Source of the DNA: an uncultured Verrucomicrobiae bacterium
GTDB lineage: Bacteria; Verrucomicrobiota; Verrucomicrobiia; Limisphaerales; UBA11358
Direction of reading: 5' to 3'
NCBI GenBank assembly: GCA_963719075.1
Contig: CAVRAN010000005.1
Location: 55,310 to 119,309, forward strand
Length of the DNA stretch: 64,000 nucleotides
Of this stretch, positions 45,058 to 54,903 are shown piece after piece. A program made the position numbers and the translations under genes. The stretch's first letter is position 1, and each line of letters opens with the position of its first letter. Below the pieces are notes generated by a model. That model was given only the letters and a program-made list of their open reading frames with translations, made no database searches and had not been told where the DNA came from.

Positions 45058-45386
45058 ACCCGCTCGACTCGCGAAAAAAACTTTTGATCGCAGAAAGCGA
45101 ACTCAACCGTGCGCAGTTGGTTCAGGAATTACAAACTATGGCTGACGAAGTTCACTCACTAGCAAACCGGGCCAGAACCATAAGTTCGCTCGCATCAGCT
45201 GCTGCATCGCTGGTTACCGGCCTTGCGTCCTTCCGGCGCAAAAAGTCTGTGCCCGCCACAGAAAAACCTTCATGGCTGCAAACCATTGTCAAAGGCGCGG
45301 GACTCGTTTCCACAATCTGGCAGGCGTTCCGTCCGCAGAATTGCGAGCAAAAAGAAAAAATGGAAGGCCGCGAAACTGACAGGTGA
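45054..45386 (+). CDS. YqjK-like hypothetical protein
   Basis: 110 aa, ATGA-coupled. RKKLLIAESELNRAQL is followed by a hydrophobic segment. Confidence 0.5.
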   Translation: MNPLDSRKKLLIAESELNRAQLVQELQTMADEVHSLANRARTISSLASAAASLVTGLASFRRKKSVPATEKPSWLQTIVKGAGLVSTIWQAFRPQNCEQKEKMEGRETDR

Positions 45387-45682
45387 ATCCGCCCGCGCTG
45401 CCCGAAAACATTTAATGCAGCAACCATTTGAACGATCCGACGCGCGTTTTCCGCCGCCTGCGCGAACCGTTGCTGTGCCCCAATGAAGCGGCAAAGGTTA
45501 AGTGCCGAATGTGGTTTATTCCTGCGGCAGCCTACTGCACGGAAGCGAACTCATCCTCCCTACGGGATGAGCGACTCGGTCACGAATTTCGCCACCGTTT
45601 CTCTGGATGAACTGCTGGCCGCGATGGCTTGAATAGCATTGATTCAAGCCCCAGATTAAATGCAGAATATCAGTCAAAAATT

Positions 45683-47326
<1,644 letters not shown>

Positions 47327-47416
47327 AAACTCCGGTCGGCAGCGGGAATTAAAATCCATCTACAGACGGCCTTGAAGGCAAAGAACCATGACTAACAATT
47401 AATTGATAGGCAGAAC

Positions 47417-47992
47417 ATGTTACCGCGCATTTACCTTATTCGACACGGCGAAACCGAGTGGTCGCTCTCTGGCCAGCATACCAGTTGCACGGACATTCAG
47501 TTGACAGAACGAGGCGAGCAGGATGCACGCAGACTGGGAGAGCGGTTGCGCGGCCTCAATTTCAGCCGGGTGTTCACCAGCCCACGTCAACGTGCACGCC
47601 GAACGTGTGAACTGGCCGGGCTGGGTTCGGTGGCCGAAATCGAACCAGCCCTGGCCGAGTGGGAGTATGGCGATTACGAAGGTCAACGCTCCGCAGAAAT
47701 TCGCAAGGTGCGACCAGACTGGAATCTCTTTCGGGACGGCTGTCCGAATGGCGAAATGCCCGCGCAAATTTCCGGTCGCGTTGACCACTTGATTGCCCGT
47801 CTCCGCGTGCTGGAAGGAAATGTCGCGCTTTTTTCGCATGGCCACCTTGGGCGCGTGCTGGCAGCGCGTTGGATTGGATTGCCGGTGAACGAGGCGCAAC
47901 ATTTCCTGCTGGACACCGCGTCGCTAAGCATTCTCGGTTACGAACACAACCGCGTCGAGTCGCCGGTCATCGCGCTGTGGAACGCGAGTTGA
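47417..47992 (+). CDS. histidine phosphatase family protein
   Basis: IYLIRHGETEWS (RHG catalytic motif) and a SHGH motif are present. Confidence 0.85.
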   Translation: MLPRIYLIRHGETEWSLSGQHTSCTDIQLTERGEQDARRLGERLRGLNFSRVFTSPRQRARRTCELAGLGSVAEIEPALAEWEYGDYEGQRSAEIRKVRPDWNLFRDGCPNGEMPAQISGRVDHLIARLRVLEGNVALFSHGHLGRVLAARWIGLPVNEAQHFLLDTASLSILGYEHNRVESPVIALWNAS

Positions 47993-48012
47993 AATTTTTG
48001 CAAAAGTTTCCG

Positions 48013-48033
48013 GGTAGGGTAATACCCCATACC
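48013..48033 (+). promoter_or_regulatory. stress-promoter motif copy (GGTAGGGTAATACCCCATACC)
   Basis: ATTATG/TATGGC lies 20-22 nt downstream. It is upstream of the transglutaminase-like gene. Confidence 0.6.
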
Positions 48034-48113
48034 GCCGCAAGGTATTCTACGGCATTATGGCGGTGATAAACGGACTCTGTTTCAGGATCAAGAGCCAGCC
48101 GTTACGATCAATT

Positions 48114-49013
48114 ATGAATTGGATTCCGTTAAATCTCACCGTCCGCGTCGGTTGCAAACTCGCCTACGAAACAACCGTGCAGACGCCAGTGCTGTTCGTG
48201 CTCAAACCACGTCTTGAAGGCCGGGTGTTGGTGATGCAGGAAAAACTTTCGTTCGGTATCGGTCTGCCGTCGTATGAGTTTCAGGATTCACACGGCAACA
48301 TCACCTATCGCTCGATGTTCATGCCGGGTCGCAACGAAATCCGTCACGACGCGCTCGTTGCGGTTTCTTCGTTGCCCGATAGCCGGGAAGTATTGGGTCA
48401 AATTCTGCCGGTGGGACAACTGCCTTTTGAATTGTTGCGCTACACGTTGCCGAGCCGTTATTGCGATTCGGACAAGCTGATGAATTTTGCGTGGAACCAA
48501 TTCGGCCAGATCACCCACGGTCTGCCGCGGGTGCAAGCCATCTGTGACTGGGTTCACAACAACATCGAATACCGCTTCGGTTCCGGCAGGCCTGACCTTT
48601 CCGCCTCGGAAGTCATCGCCCGCCGTCACGGCGTCTGCCGCGATTTCGCGCACGCCGCCATTGCGCTGTGTCGCGCCTTCAATTTGCCCGCCCGCTACGT
48701 CACCGGACATTTGCCGGACATCGGCTACGTTGATCCGGGCACGCCGATGGATTTTCACGCTTATTTTGAAGTCTATCTCGGTCAGGAATGGCTCACCTTT
48801 GATCCCCGCTACAATGTTCCGCGTATCGGTCGCGTTAAAGTCGCGCACGGTGCGGACGCGGTGGATGGAGCGTTTGCAACAATTTACGGCGAGGCCAATC
48901 TGACCTATTTTGAAGTCTGGGCTTATCAAGTGAATCCCCAGCAAGTCTCGGTGGGTGATCCCATTGATTTATCTAAACGGCTGGACGGCAATCAGACCGT
49001 GCGGTTTAATTAG
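48114..49013 (+). CDS. transglutaminase-like family protein
   Basis: Start MNWIPLNLTVRV. GVCRDFAHAAIALCRAFNLPARYVTGH carries the catalytic Cys. The ORF is open from 48057. Confidence 0.8.
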   Translation: MNWIPLNLTVRVGCKLAYETTVQTPVLFVLKPRLEGRVLVMQEKLSFGIGLPSYEFQDSHGNITYRSMFMPGRNEIRHDALVAVSSLPDSREVLGQILPVGQLPFELLRYTLPSRYCDSDKLMNFAWNQFGQITHGLPRVQAICDWVHNNIEYRFGSGRPDLSASEVIARRHGVCRDFAHAAIALCRAFNLPARYVTGHLPDIGYVDPGTPMDFHAYFEVYLGQEWLTFDPRYNVPRIGRVKVAHGADAVDGAFATIYGEANLTYFEVWAYQVNPQQVSVGDPIDLSKRLDGNQTVRFN

Positions 49014-49095
49014 TAACTGGAAGCATGATTTACAAGTGGGCGAATTTAAGAGATTGCATTCACGTCTCTATTTTCGGAAACAAATCCAACGGCGT

Positions 49096-49314
49096 TTAAA
49101 CCAAGACAGCCTTGTTCGCTTTTAGATATTTCTCAATGGTTTTTATGCCATTGCATGAATTGGCGATGCGCAGGGCATTGGGCTTGCCCAATTTGTAATG
49201 CACCAGAAATTTGCCGACCATTCCCACCTGAAGATTTGCTTCCGCCATGCGCCAGACTTGACCGGCTTCCAGTGGTTGCAAGCGGGTGCGGCGGGCTGCT
49301 TTAATTTTTATCAT
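49096..49314 (-). CDS. hypothetical small protein (tandem paralog A)
   Basis: 72 aa with GQVWRMAE...LVHYKLGKPNA...IEKYLKANKAVLV. It is similar to 49481..49705. Confidence 0.5.
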   Translation of the reverse strand: MIKIKAARRTRLQPLEAGQVWRMAEANLQVGMVGKFLVHYKLGKPNALRIANSCNGIKTIEKYLKANKAVLV

Positions 49315-49480
49315 GGCTGATCCTGCCCTTTAACTTTCGATTAAACCAGTTAAATCGCCATATGATTTGGGAGAAAAATTCACCCGGCCGGCGGATTTTT
49401 TTCTAGACGAAGGCAAAGAAACAAAGGACACAAAGGTGTGAATCATATTCTCTTTAAGGATTTGCGCCCTTTGCACGAAA

Positions 49481-49705
49481 TCATCCCTGAACCAGCACGG
49501 CTTTGTTTTTTTTCAGATACTTTTCAATGGTCGCCTTGCCGCTGACCAAATTGGGCACTCTGACGGCGTTGGGCTTGGCCAGTTTGTAATGCACCAGCAA
49601 TTTGCCAACGAGTTCCACCCGGAGATTCATTTCCGCCATGCGCCAGACCTGGCCGGTTTCAAGTGATTGCATACGTGTTTGGCGCGCCAGCTTGTTCTTC
49701 TTCAT
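49481..49705 (-). CDS. hypothetical small protein (tandem paralog B)
   Basis: Start MKKNKLARQTRMQSLETGQVWRMAE. The ORF is open to 49744. Confidence 0.5.
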   Translation of the reverse strand: MKKNKLARQTRMQSLETGQVWRMAEMNLRVELVGKLLVHYKLAKPNAVRVPNLVSGKATIEKYLKKNKAVLVQG

Positions 49706-49835
49706 AACGCAGTCTGCGCCAAAACGCTCAATTAAACCAGTCAAATCGCCATGTGAATGCGGAAAACAAAATTTATCAAATAACCGACGATGATTTTTGG
49801 CAGTGCCGTAATTTGAAATGGCAATCTTCTAATTA

Positions 49836-49856
49836 GTAAGGGAAACACCCCATCGC
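49836..49856 (+). promoter_or_regulatory. stress-promoter motif copy (GTAAGGGAAACACCCCATCGC)
   Basis: TATGGT at 49877..49882 and the ATG at 49889 give a leaderless geometry. Confidence 0.6.
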
Positions 49857-49888
49857 GTCTGCCAGTCATTTCGGCTTATGGTAGTGCC

Positions 49889-50329
49889 ATGAAAGAAAAT
49901 AACATTTCGCCAGTGGCAAAGCCAACGACCAGTCCCCATCGTATTCTCGTGGCGGAAGATGATCACGACGTTCGCCGTCTTAATACCGAAGTATTGATTG
50001 ACTCAGGCTATCATGTGGACGCCGCCCAAGATGGTGCCATCGCTTGGGATATTCTTCAGATTAAAAGCTACGATCTTCTCATCACCGACTATGATATGCC
50101 GAAACTGTCAGGCCTTGAATTGGTCAAGAAGGCGCGGGCCGCGCGTATGGCGTTGCCGGTCATCTTGGTGTCAGGCAAGATGCCAATGGAGGTGTTGAGA
50201 GAGCACTCGTGGCTGCAAATCAACGCAACGCTGCCCAAGCCCTATGGCATCATGGAATTGTTGGACACCGTGAAAGAAGTTCTGGGAGCAACTGGCGGCA
50301 AACCTGATTTCAAATTAAGCATTCTCTGA
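49889..50329 (+). CDS. single-domain response regulator (receiver only)
   Basis: 146 aa with RILVAEDDHDVRR...LLITDYDMPKLSG...LPKPY. It is a paralog of 40083..40577. Confidence 0.85.
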   Translation: MKENNISPVAKPTTSPHRILVAEDDHDVRRLNTEVLIDSGYHVDAAQDGAIAWDILQIKSYDLLITDYDMPKLSGLELVKKARAARMALPVILVSGKMPMEVLREHSWLQINATLPKPYGIMELLDTVKEVLGATGGKPDFKLSIL

Positions 50330-50376
50330 TTTTCTTGTCCTTTGCCTTCACTGTATTGGTGTGATAAACATAAGGC

Positions 50377-51423
50377 ATGTATAACGCCAAAGCTTATTCC
50401 GCCCAGACCCAAACCGCGCCACTGGCGCCGTTCACCTTTCAGCGCCGTGATCCCGGTGTACACGATGTGCAACTCCAGATTCTTTACTGCGGTGTTTGCC
50501 ACACGGATGTTCATATCGCCCGCAATGAATGGAACGGCACAACTTATCCGTGCGTGCCCGGTCATGAAATCATCGGACGTGTCGTGAAAACCGGCAAGCA
50601 AGTCAAGAAGTTCAAAGAAGGCGAGATCGCCGCTGTCGGGTGCATGGTGGATTCCTGCCGCACCTGCCAAAATTGCAAAGACAATCTTGAACAATTCTGC
50701 GAGAAAGGCGCGACATTCACCTATAATGCGCCGGATAAACACACTGGTGGCACGACCTACGGTGGTTATTCCGACAGCGTTGTCGTGGATGAAGCGTTCG
50801 TGCTGCATGTGCCGAAAAATTTGGATTTGGCCGCCGCTGCACCGCTTCTTTGCGCCGGTATCACCACCTATTCACCCTTGCGCCATTGGAAGGTGGGCAA
50901 AGGCCAGAAAGTCGGCGTCGTCGGACTCGGCGGACTTGGTCACATGGGCGTAAAACTGGCGAAAGCCTTCGGTGCGCACGTCGTGGTCTTCACCACTTCA
51001 CCGGGCAAAGTGCAGGACGCCCTCCGGCTTGGCGCGCATGAAGTGGTTAATTCCAAAAACGAAGACGAGATGAAGAAACATCTCAACAGCTTTCATTTCA
51101 TTCTCGACACCGTGGCCGCGCAACATGACATCAATGCCTATCTTGTTTTGTTAAAACGCGACGGCACGCTCACGCAGGTAGGCGTTCCCGCCGAGCCGCT
51201 TTCCGTTCAAGTTGGCAGCCTTATCTTTGGCCGGCGAAATTTCAGCGGCTCATTGATTGGCGGAATCAAAGAAACGCAGGAGATGCTGGACTTCTGTGGC
51301 GAGTACAATATTACCTGCGACATCGAACTCATTCCCATCCAGAAAATCAATGAAGCCTACGAACGCCTTGTCAAGAACGACGTGAAATACCGCTTCGTCA
51401 TTGACATGGCAACCTTGAAGTGA
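50377..51423 (+). CDS. zinc-type NAD(P)-dependent alcohol dehydrogenase (YahK/CAD-like)
   Basis: CGVCHTDVH, a structural-zinc Cys cluster (CRTCQNCKDNLEQFC) and GLGGLGH are present. Confidence 0.9.
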   Translation: MYNAKAYSAQTQTAPLAPFTFQRRDPGVHDVQLQILYCGVCHTDVHIARNEWNGTTYPCVPGHEIIGRVVKTGKQVKKFKEGEIAAVGCMVDSCRTCQNCKDNLEQFCEKGATFTYNAPDKHTGGTTYGGYSDSVVVDEAFVLHVPKNLDLAAAAPLLCAGITTYSPLRHWKVGKGQKVGVVGLGGLGHMGVKLAKAFGAHVVVFTTSPGKVQDALRLGAHEVVNSKNEDEMKKHLNSFHFILDTVAAQHDINAYLVLLKRDGTLTQVGVPAEPLSVQVGSLIFGRRNFSGSLIGGIKETQEMLDFCGEYNITCDIELIPIQKINEAYERLVKNDVKYRFVIDMATLK

Positions 51424-51435
51424 AATGCACCGTGC

Positions 51436-51693
51436 TTAGATTCCGATCAACGCCGCGCCGATGACACCTGCGGAATCGCCGAGTTGATGTTTGACAATTG
51501 GCGTCTCAAGCTGGTCGTTGAAAACAGATTTGGCAACTTCAGCCACCCCTGCGGTGTACAGCGCTTCGAACTTCGACACGCCGCCGCCCAGCACAACAAT
51601 GTCGGGATCAAGCACATCAATGACATTGGCCAGCGCGCGCCCGAATGATGATAGAAAAATCCCCGGTGTCGGTGCGGGCTGGGCGGTTTCATT
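51436..51693 (-). pseudogene. ROK-family (glucokinase-like) C-terminal gene fragment
   Basis: The minus frame reads ...GIFLSSFGRALANVIDVLDPDIVVLGGGVSKFEALY...HQLGDSAGVIGAALIGI*. Only the last ~75 aa are present, with no start codon and an in-frame stop at 51694-51696. Confidence 0.55.
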
Positions 51694-51764
51694 TCATTCA
51701 TGCAAAGCAATTTGCCGATGAGTTTTGTTTTGGCAAGCGCGCCATTCGCGGCTTAACTAACGCC

Positions 51765-53135
51765 ATGCAAAATGTGCTCGATTATCTGAAACGCAACCAA
51801 ACCCGCTTCGTCGCCGAGTTGTGCGAATTTCTTCGTTTCCCCAGCGTTTCCGCGCAGCCGCAACACAAACGCGATTTGCAAGCCTGCGCCGGGTGGCTCG
51901 TGAGCCATTGCAAAAAAATCGGACTCGAAGCGCAGGTTTACCCGACCGACGGACATCCCATCGTCGTTGCCAAAACGCCGCGCGTAAAAAATTCCCGGAA
52001 GCCGCACTTCATGGTTTACGGGCATTACGATGTGCAGCCGCCGGAACCGCTTGATTTGTGGAAGACGCCGCCATTCGAGCCGCGCCTCGAAGGTCGTTCA
52101 CTCTTCGCGCGCGGCAGCACCGACAACAAGGGGCAGCACTTTGTACACTTGAAAGCAGTGGAAGCCTATCTCAAAACCGGAACTCCCCTGCCCTGCGATT
52201 TGACTTTTGTCATTGAAGGCGAAGAAGAAGTCGGCAGCGCGAACCTCGCCAAATTTCTCAAGTCGCATCGCACGGAGTTGAAATGCGACACCGTCGTCGT
52301 TTCCGATACCGGAATGCCCGACGCGGATCATCCCGCGCTCACTTATTCGTTGCGCGGTGTCATTGCCTTTGAAATCACGCTGCGCGGACCCTCGCGCGAT
52401 TTGCATTCCGGCACTTTTGGCGGCGCGGTGGACAATCCCGCGATGGCTTTGAGCCAGTTGCTCGCCGGACTCCGCGATAAAAACGGCCGCATCGCCATTC
52501 CCGGTTTTTACGACGAGGTCAAACCGCTGACCGCCTACGAGCGGAAGGAATTTGCCCGCCTGCCGACCAACGACGCCGAACTCCAAAAACTGATCGGCGT
52601 GAAAAAACTTTTCGGTGAACGCGGCTTTACGCCCATCGAACAGCGCAGCGCGCGACCAACTTTTGAAATCAACGGCCTCACCAGCGGCTATCAGGGCGAA
52701 GGCGGCAAAACCATCGTGCCCGCGTGGGCGCGCGCAAAAATCACCTGCCGCCTCGTGCCGAATCAAAATCCGGCGCACATCCGCAAACAGGTTTTGCGAC
52801 ACCTTCGAAAGATTTGTCCGCCGACGGTGCGGATGGAAATCGAAGCTGGCCACGGCGCGGAGGCGTATCTGGTTTCGCCCGTGAGCGCGCAGGCGCAGGC
52901 GGCGTTGCGCGCGCTGCGAGGCGCGTTCAAGCGCGAACCGGTTTTGTTGCGCGAAGGCGGCTCGATCCCGATTGTGAACGACTTCAAAAAAGTTCTCGGC
53001 GCGGATTCATTGTTGCTCGGACTCGGCCTGCCCGATGGCAACGCCCATTCGCCCAATGAAAAATTCAATCTTGATTGTTTCGCGAAGGGACAGGCGATGA
53101 GCGTGTTGCTGTGGCAGGAATTGAGCCGGGCTTGA
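51765..53135 (+). CDS. M20-family dipeptidase
   Basis: Start MQNVLDYLKRNQ. VYGHYDVQP, GSTDNKG and IEGEEEVGS are present. The ORF is open from 51645. Confidence 0.85.
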   Translation: MQNVLDYLKRNQTRFVAELCEFLRFPSVSAQPQHKRDLQACAGWLVSHCKKIGLEAQVYPTDGHPIVVAKTPRVKNSRKPHFMVYGHYDVQPPEPLDLWKTPPFEPRLEGRSLFARGSTDNKGQHFVHLKAVEAYLKTGTPLPCDLTFVIEGEEEVGSANLAKFLKSHRTELKCDTVVVSDTGMPDADHPALTYSLRGVIAFEITLRGPSRDLHSGTFGGAVDNPAMALSQLLAGLRDKNGRIAIPGFYDEVKPLTAYERKEFARLPTNDAELQKLIGVKKLFGERGFTPIEQRSARPTFEINGLTSGYQGEGGKTIVPAWARAKITCRLVPNQNPAHIRKQVLRHLRKICPPTVRMEIEAGHGAEAYLVSPVSAQAQAALRALRGAFKREPVLLREGGSIPIVNDFKKVLGADSLLLGLGLPDGNAHSPNEKFNLDCFAKGQAMSVLLWQELSRA

Positions 53136-53216
53136 CCGCCAAAAAATGCCGGACAGCAGGGATGTCAGGATTTGGGTTAAAACATCACCTGCCGCCGGTT
53201 GCCGCGGCAAATTCTC

Positions 53217-53275
53217 CCTCACCCGTCCTTGCGGACACCCTTTCCCAATCGGATTGGGAGAGCGATGGGGTGAGG
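53217..53275. repeat. nested palindromic REP-like element
   Basis: Outer arms are CCTCACCC and GGGTGAGG. The inner perfect palindrome is TCCCAATC-G-GATTGGGA. Confidence 0.6.
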
Positions 53276-53347
53276 TGATAAACTAAGTCGCCATGATCGG
53301 GCGCGGTGCGCTCCATTCGCTGTAACCGGTGCTGCCGCCGATGGCCC

Positions 53348-54100
53348 GTAAGCGTCACGCCAAGCACCTTTATTCCGTGAAGTCATAAGTGTCATAGCAT
53401 AATGCTATGACGAATACGACACAGGCCGATGAAGTGGTGATAAAAGCCGATGTGCTGGGACGTATGCGAACGTCCCGTAAACGGCGGGAGCAACTGCTCG
53501 ACGAGTTTGAACGCCGTGGGTTGACCGGCCAGAAGTTTGCGGTGGTGGGAGAGGCGCAAGGCAGTGGTGATAAAAATCCGTTGCCGCTGGTGTTGGAGCT
53601 GCCCGGCGGGGCGAAGGTGCAAATCACCGATGCCAAGCAAGCGGCTTTGGCGGCGGTGTTGCTGCGGGCATTGGAAAAACCATGTATGTTTTTCCGGCAG
53701 CCTGAAAGTGTTCGTGGCGGTGGAGGCGTGCGACATGCGCAAAGGGTTCAACGGTCTGCACGCCTTGGTGACCGAACGGCTGGGTGAGGAGCCACGAACC
53801 GGCGCGCTGTTTGTGTTCAGCAACGGCGGCACACGCGGATCAAGATTTTGTGCTGGGACGGCACGGGATTATGGGTGCTGACCAAGCGGCTGGAGCAAGG
53901 CACTTTTTCCTGGCCAAGGAATGTCGAGCCAGGAACGACCAAGTTGAAGCTGACACCCCAAGCGCTGGCGATGCTGACCGACGGCGTGGATTTGCGCGGA
54001 GGCAAATTGCGTCCGTGGTATGAGCGCGAGGCCTGAAAAAAAGTTTCAAAAAGTTTGAACCTTCGTCGGCTGGGACACGTCAGAGTTGGCGACGATGAAC
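53348..54100 (+). mobile_element. IS66-family remnant (IR end, tnpA-like ORF, frameshifted tnpB, no transposase)
   Basis: GTAAGCG at 53348 is the typical IS66 terminal sequence. The tnpA-like ORF starts at 53407. The TnpB sense (FSGSLKVFVAVEACDMRKGFNGL...RIKILCWDGTGLWVLTKRLEQGTFSWP) is broken at the T5 run 53689-53693 and near 53823. No tnpC follows. Confidence 0.7.
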
Positions 54101-54111
54101 CTCGCGCCGCT

Positions 54112-54903
54112 TCACGCTGAACTTTCCGCCGCGCGTGAACTCGCCGCCTCATTGCAAAGCGCTTTGGCAAATGGATTTAACTGCGGTGGAGCTTCAACGC
54201 GCTCTTTGCCGCTCAACAATCCTTCAACCGTGAGAATTTGGATTTTGGGATAATCCTTGTCATGCCAGAGTTTTGATTCGTAACGTCCCGCGTCCGCCGC
54301 TTCTTCACGCATCGGCTTCGTGGGTTTTTCCAGCGTGATTAAAATTCCGGCGGCAAATTTCTGATTGTTCACGTCGCCGAGCAAGGTGGAAATGTCATTC
54401 CGCTGCACGCCACCGCCTTTGACTTGCACGAGGATTTTCTCGCGCTTCTCTTTGCTCTCGTAAAAATACAGCATCCCGTCCACGCCGCGATCGGCGCCTT
54501 TGCCGTCGGTGCGCGGCATTGCATCGATCTGTGAAAGCGCCCAATGCTCAAAATCATTCCTGTGCGTTTCTCTATCCAATTTGGCCAATCGTTTTGCGCC
54601 CTCGAAATCTGTCGGCTGGCCTTTTTCGTCAATTTGAATGTCCTTGCCAAAAGCATCTTTAAGTCGGCGCTTGATGAGATTGATGGCGATATAAGTGACA
54701 TCAATGCCAATCCATTGACGGCCTAGTTTTTGCGCTGCATGAACAGTCGTGCCGCAACCGCAAAACGGATCAAGCACGATGTCGCCCTTGTTGGAGCTGG
54801 CCGAAAGAATGCGTTCTAACAAAGCTTGCGGCTTTTGCGTTGCATATCGGCGCGGGTGTGGTGCAGAGCGGGGTCGATGCAGGCGCGCATTGCAGCGAGC
54901 TTG
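54112..54903 (-). pseudogene. 5'-truncated DNA methyltransferase fused to Mrr-like endonuclease domain
   Basis: [14 protein letters not shown]...[11 protein letters not shown] is the C-terminal motif I of N4/N6 methyltransferases. The N-terminal DPPY half is absent. The C-terminal part (GADRGVDG...ILVQVKGG) is Mrr-cat-like. The frame is open only to 54903 and overlaps the 3' end of the next gene. Confidence 0.6.
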
